Part shown: positions 13,301 to 25,600 of the stretch, piece after piece
How the letters are laid out: each line of letters begins with the position of its first letter
Position numbering within the stretch: position 1 is the first letter of the stretch
Source of the DNA: Lingula anatina
Taxonomy: Eukaryota > Animalia > Brachiopoda
Length of the DNA stretch: 64,000 bases
Assembly (NCBI GenBank): GCA_051362555.1
Contig: CM120640.1
Span: 46,540,788 to 46,604,787 of the forward strand
Direction of reading: 5' to 3'
Position numbers and translations under genes: made by a program
The notes under the pieces: generated by a model
Told to the model about the DNA's origin: nothing
What the model saw: the letters and a program-made list of their open reading frames with translations, nothing else
The model's database searches: none

Positions 13301-16300
13301 ATAGGGGAAAAAAGACTTTGTTACGAAAAATGTTACTGGGTCTTTTTTTTCCGTTCAGAGAACCGTAAAACCGTAAAACAATAACTGAAATGCAATTTAA
13401 GGGATTATTGTCTTTGGATGTTAAGCTAAATATAAGTTCAAAACTACCATTAGCAAAATGGAAACTTTGCACCAATATTGCAACAATATTGCAGCAAATT
13501 TGCTGCAAACTTCTTGCAAATTTGCAGCAAATAAATAACAAATTTGCGAGAGTTTGCGGCAGACCTGATATTTTGCTAAGGGCAAGTACAAGTTCAAAGC
13601 ACTAATGAAGTTTGAAAGATTACCCGAAAAAGTCATTGCGGTAGGTATTTCTAAGTTTGGTGCGTATATAGCTCCTGTATTTTATGTGTAAAAGTATTCT
13701 TGTCTTCTAATGGTTTACTGTTTGCAGGGTTTGATTATAAATATAGTACTAGTACTAACGTGTAATTCACCTGCAGAAGATACGTAAACCGGACTCGGTC
13801 GATGGCCGGACTGTCTCTTTGTGCAGGCCACTCCCAGTCAATGTCAAGACCATCAAACCCGTGCTCACGGATGAAGTTTATGGCGTGGATTATGAAGGTC
13901 GCCCTGCTCGCAGAGGTCGCCACCATCTCTGTAAAAGGCTCTACTCCCAGAACCCAACCTCCCACAGCCAGCAGGATTTTGAGTTTTTTGTTTTTCGATT
14001 TAATGTCCCTCATCTGGTCATATAATCCTGTAAGGTTGAACATTAGTAAAAAAACTTATATTCAAAACTTTCACTTATCTAATTAAAATATTGTTTGTCA
14101 TGATAATTTTTGCCATTTAGGTTCGATTTTATTTTGAACAGATTACACGAATACATTAAGTATCAAAAAATTTCAAGAATTATAATAATACTGCAGCTAA
14201 AACAAAAAATATATTTGGTCGTTTTTTAAACATCTTAAGAACACCCTTTGTTTGCTGTGACCGCCGGTCTTAGGTCAGCCGTTAGAATTTAAGACACACC
14301 ATCAGTGAAACTAGGGGTACTAATCAGACCACGAAAAACCTCACCTCTGTTCCATGCAGTGCCTAAATCATTCCACTCCGCGGGCACAAGTAGTCCCCTC
14401 TCCAGTCTGGCAAACGCAAAGATAACATGACTGCAGAGGGAAGGGTCTATATGCGAGGGTAAAAACTTTCCTACTCCACTCCTGTACTGACTCCAGTTGG
14501 TATAGTAACACACACGACGGTATTGAGAAGGATTTCGCCGAACTGCTGGTTTATCATCACATGGTGCACTGCTAGGGACAGGCACTTCAGTGGAAACCGG
14601 AGCAGGCGGGGTTTGTTTCGGTGTTGGTGATGGTCGCTGTCCCCCGCCATCAGGGGGAGTTGGTGCTGGCGTGGCCGTCTGTGGGGCCGGCAACCGTGGG
14701 TAAGAAGGAGTGGTGGCACGCGCTGTGCCTGAGACGACGTCTTGAATATGCCTGATGAGGGGGAAGGACCTGGGCCCGCAAGAGGACTGGAAATCGTCTT
14801 CGTCAATTGACCATACACCTATGCCGCCGAGACGCTGGTCTTTGGCGTACTTCGTCTGCAAATACAGTATGACACAGGTGATTGACAAATAAACACATTT
14901 CCCGGTATAGTGAATTAAAAAAAAATATATATCGATTAGAAGTGCTGATTTAAAGAACACCACTTCTTCATAGAAATGAACATTAGTATAACTTTCCGAA
15001 AATACTCAACTTGCACATATCACCCAAGACAATATTTGAAAAAATGGGATAAAAATCTCACCTTATAAGCCACACTGTACTCGTCATCATAGCTGTACCA
15101 TTGCCAGCTTTCGTTGTTGTAAACCACTGGAGCTTTAGATAGGTCACTCCATGCCCTCTTCCAGCTAGTGCCTGGACTTGTAACTTTGTTGCATATCTAA
15201 ATATAAAAGTAAGGAATATGTATTCACAAACATTTTGAAAACTTTTTTCCTCGCTGTTCTTTTTAATACTTAGCTTAATACCAATATCAGTGGTGAATCT
15301 GTTTTAGGTTACTTGCTGTTGGGTATTTTTCACAAAGAACAGTGAAATTCATGACTGTCTGCCTTTGCACTAACTTGTGGGAATATAAGAACACACGTCT
15401 TTCTATCACATGTATTACTATTCAACTAAACAAAACACTCACTAAGCCTGTGTCATTAACTGGACAATTTTTTTTACCTCGTGGTACAATAGTACTTGAT
15501 CCCCCGCTCCAGACGCCCCGGCTGTCCCAGGTTTGTACGCAGCTGACCCGAACGCAATGTTGTCCGGGGACGCAAGAGTATACCCTACCCCAAAAGCTGG
15601 CAGCACAGGGACTATACGTGATCGGTCCAGGCCATCCTTGATGAGGTGTTGTACAAGCCAATGCTGATATGGAGGGAAATGATATCAGTTTACCAGATAC
15701 ACAGATTTGTGCAAACTTTACAGTCAAATTTACGATCTAATATTTCGGTACCTTCCTTGCCAGTAATATTATGAGGATGGAACTTAAAATGAATCTAGTC
15801 TGACGCATTTACAATATAAAAGAAAAAGATTAATCATGGTGAAACAGCAACTTGTCGAATAATCAGTTAATGACATACACTTAAAAGCTAATCCGACAAA
15901 GGGCCAATATGGTTTGGCATATAGGCATGTGCAAATAAAACAGTTAAACTAATGCACTTGATATAAATGTATTCTATGTAAACATGCGACGATTAAACAT
16001 ATGAGGTTAAATGATAAGAAATATATTCATTTCTTTTATGGAAATACTAGAGATATACAGGGTTCATTCATTGCTCAAATAACATTTGACATTATAAACG
16101 AATAAATCAGAATTGATGAAACAAGATTGTGACGTTCACCTGAGAGGCAGTGTCTGTGGTGTCTGCCGGCCCCTTCAGCCCATACAGCGGGCTGTGGTGC
16201 CTGATCGTCTTCTCGCTGCCACTGGCGAAGTCAAAGGCCATAACAGTGGCAAAGTCGATATACCTACGTTGTGAAAACTACCATATCATGTCAACCCTAG

Positions 16301-19300
16301 ATGGGTCATCCATAAAATGGATGTTCAAAGTGATATTAGGAATTATCAAAATAATTGTTTATCGAAACAATATTATTTACCTGTTAAGGAAAATATATCA
16401 TTTAGAGGCCACCATTTATTTTGATAAAAATTCAAAAGGCAGTTTTGAAGTATCGGCAGCTGAGTTCATTACCCTTGGTATTCGTATGTATTCATATATA
16501 AGGACAGGCCCTCAAGATGAATAAAGAGTGTGACGGCTGACTTGGATAAATCAAAAAATGAGAGCGAGCGATTGTAAGAGTTGAAAAACGACAAAGTGAT
16601 TCAACATACTGACACAATAGTCTGATGTAATAAATAACCCTGGTGTCTAAATATTTGTTTTGATAAACTCTAATAAACACATCTGCATAATGAACATGCT
16701 TATTATGATGAAACTTGGGTTTTGTAGAAATAATTTAGTGAAATGAAATTTCTCGCAGCTTGACTGCCCCGTACGTACTTGCTAAGCTCTGGTAGGTTAT
16801 ACGCCTTGCTAATGATCTGTTGGTCGCCTAGGATGGCTATTGAGAGCAGTAAAGCATGTCTCTCAAATTCAGATTTAATTTCCTGAAATAAGTTCAACTG
16901 TGGTTAAATATGACGATAGAGTTTTAAGCATATCACGTTTTTACCATTACATTTTGATGGTACGTGCATGTGTTGTCATACATATACGAAGAAGTTCCCA
17001 TTAAAACGAAGAGTTAAAACTAATGAAACATTAAACTTTTTTTCTTTAATTACTTAATTTGATCATTATTGTTTATTCTTAAAGAAACGATTATAATGTG
17101 TTTTCTATTTTCAGTGTTTTGTAGGGAGGGACTTGATAAAAACACAATAAATAATTATTTTAATAAGCAAAGGGCAAAGTTTCCCACTATTAAGGAAGTT
17201 ATGCCATTTCAAAAGGCACCACTTCCTGAAAGATTTTATTTGTTTTAGACGATCATACCTTTACCCAAGTGGCGAATTTTTCTTTGTCGTCTGCTGCCAC
17301 GGAGCCTGGGTAATTCCACTCCAAACTGAGACCATCGAAACCTCGAGAAGTGAGGAACTCCACGGCATGGGTTATGAATCGCCTGCGACTCTCCGCCGTG
17401 GAAACAATCTGCGCGAAGGGCGTGTTGCCCAAATTGCGCCCCCCAACCCCAAGGAGCGTCTTTAAGTTAGTTCCGACTTTCTGGTTATTAAACCGCCTGT
17501 AGTTACCTAAAAAATTAATCAAATAATTTGCATGAGCTTGAAAGCAAGGGTTCTTTTAGACCAGTTACAATGTACATGTTGCAGACAAGCTTTTTTAATG
17601 AAATGTGTTTTATTCATTCCTCTACGTTCACTTTGATGTTCTTTATGCAAAAATGTTACTCAACGCACAGTTTTGGTTTTTCTCGTTATATGCATAAGTG
17701 GACGAGGGATAGGAAAAGGTAAAATAGATTGACCATTTCCACTGTAAGGGATAACGGATGCCTAATGTGACACGACCTATAGGAACATATTGTGTTTAAT
17801 GCTAATGGAAGTAGGTTTGTTCTGATAGAATCTATGGTTGCATTATTAAATTAAATATTAAAAATAAGTGGCAACAGGAAAGAACGATTAATGGGAAAAA
17901 TTCGTTAAATAGAAAGATAAATAAAGTAAGAATGTGTTATAAATGTGGTAGATAGTGACATCGCATACATGGGAAGATAGCCCAGCTGAAAACAACAAGA
18001 ACAGTTATAAAAATATATAGGCCTATAAGAGAGTGACAGATTTAAAGAATTACAAGGGCGCATAATAATTTTTTTTTTTTTTGTTAATTAATTCCAAACA
18101 TATTTACAGTTAATATCGGGTGTAAAAAAGGAATCGCCTGTAGAAAATAATAAAAGTTTTACCTCCAAAGAAATGCCCTGAAAAGTAAAAATCTATATAA
18201 TATATCAAAATGATGCACGCACTGCAATTTCCCCCTCAGAATGCGATAAAAACAATACAGAAGAAATATCGGAAAACACATCCTGAATGCACATTCCTAC
18301 TGATGAAGGAATCTTAATTCTTTAGCGTATTTCTTCTATCAAAAGTGATCAAAAGCTTCATCTGGTAATATGATAAAAACTAAATTCATATAGTGATTCT
18401 TGATATCATAGTTAGTCGGACAACAAACTGAAACGACAAGGTTAGCTGGCGGTGTCTTTTCGTTCTGCTTTCCACATCATCAGATTCTAATCTAACAAAA
18501 TTATAATGTCGATGAGGTTACTTACTAGTGCGAACCTACAAAGAAATTAACAGTAATATAATTGAATTATAAACTTACTCTGAGGGTAGGTAATGTCGTC
18601 GTTCCATTCGGATGGTGCCAGCTGGCCATTCACAAGAGTTGCAAAAGCATAGATGGCGTGGGTGCAAGCACTAAGGTCCAACAACTCTATCAAAAACTTT
18701 GAATCACCAGTCCTGTACACGCTCCAGTTTGCGTAGTAACAGACACGTCTGAATTCTGCTGTTTCTACTGAATGAAAGTACTTTTAAATATAAAACATGA
18801 TCTAGTATTATAAACATGAAAATGTTGCACGCAAACCTATACATAAAATTACAGCCGAATTGGTGTTTGTTATATGCATTGTTTTTTCATAGCTGTTACA
18901 AAAACAATTTATCTCACCTTTTAAAAGCACCTTGCATAAAGAGAAAGGGGTTAGGTACATCTTTTTTTCATTTAAATTATCTTAAATGAACTAAGCAGAA
19001 GGTACAATAAACATTCTTCATACTTGTTGCATGCTCACAACTGTTATACATTGTATGATAATTTTACTGATATGTTAGGTCTTAAAAGATATAGCACTCA
19101 ATTTCAAAACGTCCAATGTTGTAAATCTTATGCGGTTAGTCAATCAACGACTATTAATTTATTTTGATAACGGCAATAGTTTGGACAAAAAGGGTCTATC
19201 AAGGCATTCTAAATAATGAGATACTGTGAAATAATCCTTATGGTGATACACTTACCAGGAAATGAAGGAAGAATGAGATTAAGTAATGCCACTGCCACCA

Positions 19301-19316
19301 ATTCCAAGTGTTTCAT
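4359..19316 (-). CDS. Secreted multidomain chitinase B: signal peptide + degenerate GH18 + intact GH18 + 10 CBM14 domains with Thr/Pro mucin-like linkers (~2278 aa, 24 exons)
   Basis: Exons in transcription order: 19316-19256 (MKHLELVAVALLNLILPSFP), 18767-18579, 17506-17259, 16882-16779, 16263-16140, 15663-15478, 15196-15062, 14855-14345, 14027-13771, 13176-13052, 12823-12694, 12477-12292, 12016-11888, 11523-11247. CBM14 exons follow: 10933-10610, 10418-10071, 9572-9222, 9052-8717, 8391-8050, 7793-7446, 7215-6877, 6533-6210, 6031-4745, 4534-4359 (TAA). All junctions are GT-AG and in frame, 6837 nt in total. GH18 motifs: RRVCYYxNWS, CTHxIYAFA, K(T/I)LLxVGG, FDGLxxxWxxP, LGGxxxWSxDxDDF. Confidence 0.93.
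4745..6031 (-). CDS. CBM14 plus a ~370-aa Thr/Ser/Ala/Pro mucin-like spacer (exon of chitinase B)
   Basis: 1287-nt phase 1-1 exon. Six-Cys domain CEGKDDLARYRDPFDCSAYYFC...C...C...C followed by a long T/S-rich tract with many ACA codons. Confidence 0.9.
11390..14523 (-). other. GH18 domain II of chitinase B with intact DxxDxDxE (FDGLDIDWEWP)
   Basis: ORF 13735-14043 contains KILLAVGGW...FDGLDIDWEWP. The domain closes with LGGAMIWSLDLDDF in exon 11523-11247. Confidence 0.92.
13447..13582. mobile_element. Short MITE-like element with CC(C/A)TTAGCAAAAT terminal inverted repeats
   Basis: Left CCATTAGCAAAAT, right ATTTTGCTAAGGG (12/13 inverted match). The interior consists of palindromic GCAGCAAATTTGCTGC-type subrepeats. 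Intronic in chitinase B. Confidence 0.55.
14700..18767 (-). other. GH18 domain I of chitinase B, catalytic motif degenerate (FDGLSLEWNYP)
   Basis: Exon 17506-17259 encodes FDGLSLEWNYP where DxxDxDxE is expected, so the catalytic Glu is replaced by Asn. The GGW motif reads GGR. Confidence 0.88.
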
Positions 19317-19845
19317 CTAAAATATGTACAGAACATATTTAAACAAAATACATACATAGTGTCCATCTTCAGGTGGCAAAAAGGAACACGGGAACAATGG
19401 TAAACCACTATTATACTCGTTTTGTATTTCTAAAAGGTAAAGAATTGCCTCCTGAAATGTACAGGAAACATGGCGGTCTAAACGTTAAGAAACAAATTCT
19501 AAACTAGATTATTTTATAATAGAAATTGTATAAAAGATCTAATCCAAGTGCAGGAGCGGACCGAGCACTAATTCGTGAGTAAATTTTCTTTTTTTCCAGG
19601 AAAATTCCAGGAAATTTTCAGATTAGATTCCTTTAAGCGGCATCACATGCAATAACAGGTTGTCAACCTTTATAAGTAGGCTATAAAGATGGTGCGACAA
19701 TTGTAAAATAAAAAAGGATCGGTTTTAAGTTCAATTTATGCATTATTTGTGGCGTTGAAAAGTTTGAATGACAGCCTTTGAATAACTAATTTTAATGTGA
19801 AGTTTTACTTAAATACATTTATCGGAATGAATAAACCCACCCAAT

Positions 19846-19848
19846 CCC

Positions 19849-19879
<31 letters not shown>

Positions 19880-19883
19880 ACAC
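19846..19883. repeat. poly-C plus (CA)n simple repeat
   Basis: C homopolymer followed directly by CA repeats, upstream of chitinase B. Confidence 0.9.
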
Positions 19884-22606
19884 AGATATTTTGACTAAGT
19901 ATCAATATAATAATGTTCGTAAGGGTTGTTTCCGCCAATGCTGGTTACCACAGGCAGCATCTCCGCAAATATTGAACGGGTGTTTGACATTCTTGTGCAT
20001 AGCTGTGACATATAGGTCCACATGTTACTGGAGTCCAATTCAGAAGCTTCCATGTACAATGTACTAAGCATTAAGCACACAGGTTGTTCACTTCTTTTTT
20101 CATAAATCAAGTAAACTCATAACAAATACGTGTATATTCAAAACTATGCTAGAGTTTTGTTTTCATGTTTATTATTATAATGTTATAAGGACAAAGTAGA
20201 CTACATGTATATTTATTTATATGTATTCATTTTACATGTACAAAAAAAAGTGAGATTTCGAGTGGTTCGTCCCCTTTCTAGTACGCAGTAGTGTAAAATA
20301 GCTGTCGACATGATTTATGGGACATGCAATATACCTCAATGGGGAGGATAAATGAAGACAACCTGTCCTACCACAGGCCATGTTATTTGGCCGGGTAAAA
20401 TAGATTTTACCACTTTTTTATCTGTATAAAATGTTATACGAAATATCCATCTATTTGTCATTGCATGAGAAAAATTAAGGGTGAAATTAAATAACGGAAG
20501 TTAGAGTAATGGGCAACATTCACACTTGTGGAATTTTAAGCCTAAGCCAGAAATCATTCTCTTTTGACTTAAAACTAACATTATTTAAGTTGAATTATCT
20601 ATATGCTGATATAAAGTAAAAATGACTGCTGGCGCAGAAAATGCATGCTTGGAGATAGCACGTAGCTATTATGACAGTATCTTATTCTAATTTTAGTTTA
20701 ATTTTCATGTACATGTGCATCTGAAAGAGTCATACCAGTTACCAGGGGTTTATAATTGTGGAGGATAACCACCCCCTTCTGGGAAGGGAGGACGACCCCC
20801 CCCCCCCCCCCATCGGTTGGTTTGATTGCTTCAGTAACAGTAAAAAATAATATAAAATAACAATTGTCTGTTATAAACATAAAAAATAGTTAATTTTATG
20901 GCACATTGATCGTTGTCAAGATTATTGATTAAATATCTTGTAAATTAATTGAAAAAGTTCTCTTTGGTTATATATTTTACTAACAGGGCCTACCTTGGTT
21001 TGGTTGTGCGATTTTCTCTCTCAGTGATTGAAATACGTGTTCCTGTTTTGTAATCAAAATGTATCACAGGCTTGGCCTTCTTTCCGCCATTTGGATCAAT
21101 CTCTGTATTCCTTGGCCTGGCACCCGTTTTAAATTGTTGAAGCTATTTTACAAAAATTGGGAAGAATTACTTTTGGCACGATGTAACTCTAAGAGGGCGC
21201 TTCTCTCATGATAACGAATGTGAAGTGAAGAAGCCCCTGTGCAACTACCGTGACTTAAATCTCATTTTACTTTTAAAGTAGCTCTTTACTATCACATGGA
21301 TACTTTTAAATGACTATTAAGGATTCAGGTATAGGGTGGTGAAAAATTATTGACAAATTTCTCAGTGCTTAAATTCAGTCCCACATGCGCATTATCGATG
21401 TATTTCGTTTAAAAGACAAATGCAGATTTTGTGGCTGTCAAATTACCTTGAAAGTTTATGAAAAAAATGTTTTCATGCGCTTCACCCATAGCTTTATAAT
21501 AGCTTTCGATTTTTCTTTTGAGTACTTGTCTGCCTGGAAACAATGAATTGCATTTTGGCATTTTTGTTTAGTATGAAGCATCCTTATCACGATGTCTGTT
21601 GTTTTGAATAAAAGTAAAAAAAAAATAAAATAAAACCTGCTGTTACACTTCGTTTTAAATTTAATTCATTTTCGGTGATTTTGTCACATAAAACCTTACA
21701 AATACATATATGTGTAGACAATTATAAGCAGTCTGGGCGTATCCACTTCTATTCTCACAATATGCAAATTTTACAGAGTCAACCTATTTTGACCTTAGTG
21801 TTAACACGTTAGTGTATTAGTCATGTGCCCGCCTTTATGGTGTTTTCAGTCATTAATACTCTCGGCATGGCTTACTTTGTATAATAGCTCTGCTATTTTG
21901 ACGCAAATATAAAGCTGTCTTTGTACTCAATACTTTTTATTTTACCGTAACAAATGTTAAGCGCAATAAACGCGTGGTTCTGGTACATTAAAAGCGTTTT
22001 ATTCATAATACAAGTCCATTTAAAAAAGACTCCTTTTAAAGTAGGAAATTTAAATTAATCGTCATACAAATTTTATGCTAAGTGAATTGAAAACCATCGA
22101 TATCAAGATGTACGGTGAAAAACGGGTAAATTCAGATGACATTTGCCGGGTATAGCACTTGTAACGCACGAAACACGAATAATTACACGTATGGGACATG
22201 TGATTGAAAGTGCTACTTGTATCAGTTAATTAACAAATTCTAAAACACTTGATGACTCATAATAGTTTAAAAATCATTTGAATTTTTATTTTCCTATCAA
22301 CAAGTAATACATAGCCATCATTAAACAACTGAACAGATGCTTTCACCTCAATTTACATTCGGATTCTGCGGTACATTAACGCACATTTGAGTTCATCACC
22401 ACGAAGGACAGAGAAATAACTGTGACCCTTCTTTATGTCAAGTCGCGCTGGTTATCTTTAATGAGTCTTTCTCCAAGGATGAAGATGAATGCGCTCTAAA
22501 CCTTCAACTTGTCCCGCAAGTGTCTTTCATCTACATGTATATATTATTCTTATGTCGATCCTCGCATCACTTTAGATTTTTAATGGCGCTGATGTCTTTT
22601 TTCACC

Positions 22607-25600
22607 TCAACAGTTGACATTACGCGGCCAGTCACACGCTCCTATATTGGCATTAAACTTGAGCACGCCGACGCAGCGGCTTCTTCGCCCTGTGCCACGC
22701 GAGCACGTGTAGAAGAAGGTACAATCAGCGGGATCTGCATACCTGCCTGAAGACCGACTTGAACAAAATTCTGCTGGACCTTGAGGAGAGGAGGTAAAAT
22801 GTTAGACGTAATTTCAAATTTCTCTTTCTATTAATTATGATTATAAAAACAATAACGATAAGGAAATTTGAACAGTCCCTTTAACATTGCAGACATATAT
22901 TTCAATGCAAAACATTTTACACATTACTAGTGTACAACTGTTTGAAGTACATAAAGTCGAGAATACAATTTTCTATAAAGAATAAAATGTGCTCACTGAT
23001 TGTCTCTCCACTGTTCCTTGGCGATGTCTGGACTGTTGTCGGGGGAGCCGTGGCTGGAGGATTGGTGACAGGTGCAGCTAAAAAGTAAAACAACCCCTTG
23101 ATTCTGATACAGGCCAGTCTTATCGATGACAAGAACAGCTTAGAGGACGCAAGATGTACCAAGGGTAAGCAGTAAAAGGAGTGAAGCTCAAATCCCTGAA
23201 AGTGTGCAACACCTATTTTAACTGCATTAGTATTTATGTTGCAAGTGTGAATATAGTGAAGCACTAGCAATCTCAGGATCATTACTTATTTTCACCGTAT
23301 ATATGTTTATTCAGAGTTCCGCAATCAACGCAAATAAAGGGACCATTTATTAGGTCATAGTGCCATTTATTAGGCCATAGTGCCTTAGAACAAAAAAGGT
23401 CTTTCTCAGGAAATCTTTCTCAGCAAATGAGTCATTCCAACAAGGCTATTTGAGCATCTGAAACAGCAACAAAAAATAGCGGTAAAATGCATAAACCGAA
23501 ACATAACACTGAACTTCCGCTTTTGAAAATAATGAACGGCCTTCTGTTTGCAGTCATTCTGCAATCATTCTGCGGTCCATCGACATTATACTTTCTGACC
23601 TTGAGCAACTCATCTTCGGTGGTCCACAGGACTGTATTCTTGGTTCAGTTTCATTTTGCATTCACAACCTGACCTGGGGTGCCATACTTCGATTTCATAA
23701 CACTGGCTATAACATATATGCAGAAGGCACTCAGTTATACCTGACTGTGGTATTAATGAGTGTACAATGATCAAAGTGACAAATGTAATTTCAGATTTGC
23801 GAGGATGAATGATAAAAAGAAAATAATATTAAATGATGGAATTTATGGTTATCAATCAACCACAACATAAACACTTAGCTGAAATACTATTGGATCTTCA
23901 ACATTAGGCGTTTCACCCCACGCAAAAATGGTTACTTTGATACCTCATTTACCATGAATAAACAGATAAGATAGCCGAAGTAAAAATCATTCAAGCATCA
24001 AAGACACCCGGGCTCTGCACAACAGTGTAACCAACTCTGCCACTGTCACGGTCATCAATGCCCTACTGCAGTAACTTCAAAGCTTGTCTACTTTAACTCC
24101 TTGCTCTATGGTTGCAGCATCGTAAGAACAAAGAAACTCCAAAATATCTCAGGCATCCAAAATATCTCAGCTTGTCTTCTTACTCCAAATTTTTATGGGA
24201 ATCACATGACACCGATGTGAAAAAAACTTCACTGGCAACTTGTAAATGCATGGATTTTATTCAAACTTTTGAAATACGCACATGCGGCTTTTTGTGGACT
24301 TGCACCAGATTATCTCTGTAAACTTGTATCTCAGAATACAACAAATCACACGTTCAAGGGATAATAACTCTTCGTGTCGGCCAAAAAATTAATTTTCCTG
24401 GAGTAAACAACAATTTTCCCATACTTATCAATGGTTAATGAATCCATTTTTACATTCAAAGTTAGACTCTGGTTTTTTTCTAAAAAGTTTGTTTTTTTTT
24501 GTTAAAATCTGTTAAGAGATTTTAACACAGAATAGCCATCAATGGAGGTCACGTGGTCTAAACACAAGCTCAGATATCAGAATAATAGCTATAACTGCCG
24601 TTTTTGTGGTAAAACAGAATATATTATATTTCTATGAGTTGTTCACAATATTTTTATTGTGAAATATAGATCTCATACGAAGAGTTATTATCTCTTTAAG
24701 CTCTAAGGACTAATTATTAAAAAACTTGGAGAAAATATTTTGGGAATGCGATCAGTTACCATCAGAACTAAACAAAAAGCACTAAAACTTATCTTTTTAG
24801 AAAATCTTATGATTGAAAATTTTCTTTACTTTTAATTCCATATTTTTTCATTAAAAATAATCCTTTAAAACTTTGTGTTTTATATGTAAAGTTTACTCAA
24901 CATATATTAATGAATTAAAGACTCTAGACACTAAATAAATATATTATCATTATTATTACTTGGCGGTCGATTTGTAGGTGCAGCGACAGCACCAGCACAG
25001 TTGACATTAGTTGGGGCATCGCAGCTCTCAATACTGGGGTTGTACAGCAAGGTTCCAGTGCAAGGAATGCGAAGCGTACTCCCTCCAGAACATATGAAGA
25101 AAGCAGCACAATCCGTCGGATCGGCGTAAAGTCCATTGGCTCTGTCCGTGCAAGTGAATTGTGTAGCTAGAAGTAACAAATATACGTAAAAAAGCTTAAG
25201 TAATTTTAGTTGAAAAGAATAGAATGTAAACTTCTCGTGATGGGATTTAAATGGACATGAATTTTTCACAGTCTGGTTGTCTTCGGTTCAACATATATAA
25301 ATTTGAAACAAAGAAACGATTTAGTGATGGATACATATAACAATTTGTGAATGAGTTTTTTTTTCTGAACGAATTTCTTTTTTTCTTTTTTTAGTACAGT
25401 GCATACGTTGGGGTGCGGCAGTAACCGGCGCCCGAGTGGTAACTGGTGCTCTTGTGGTGGTCGGTGCCCGAGTGGTAACTGGTGCCCTGGTCGTTGGTCT
25501 TCTTGTTGTTCTCGGCGCTGGTGTCGTTCGGAGGGCTGTTACCACGCAGTTTGCATTGCCTGGTGAATCACAACTTCCGAGACGAGCATTGTATTGCAGA

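Noticed and set aside
15422-15727. Cys/Trp-rich 101-aa ORF
   Set aside because: It is an alternative frame over the true GH18 exon 15663-15478 (HWLVQHLIKDGLDRSRIV...LLYHE).
19895-20110. 71-aa ORF upstream of chitinase B
   Set aside because: Short, non-ATG start, with no domain or splice support.
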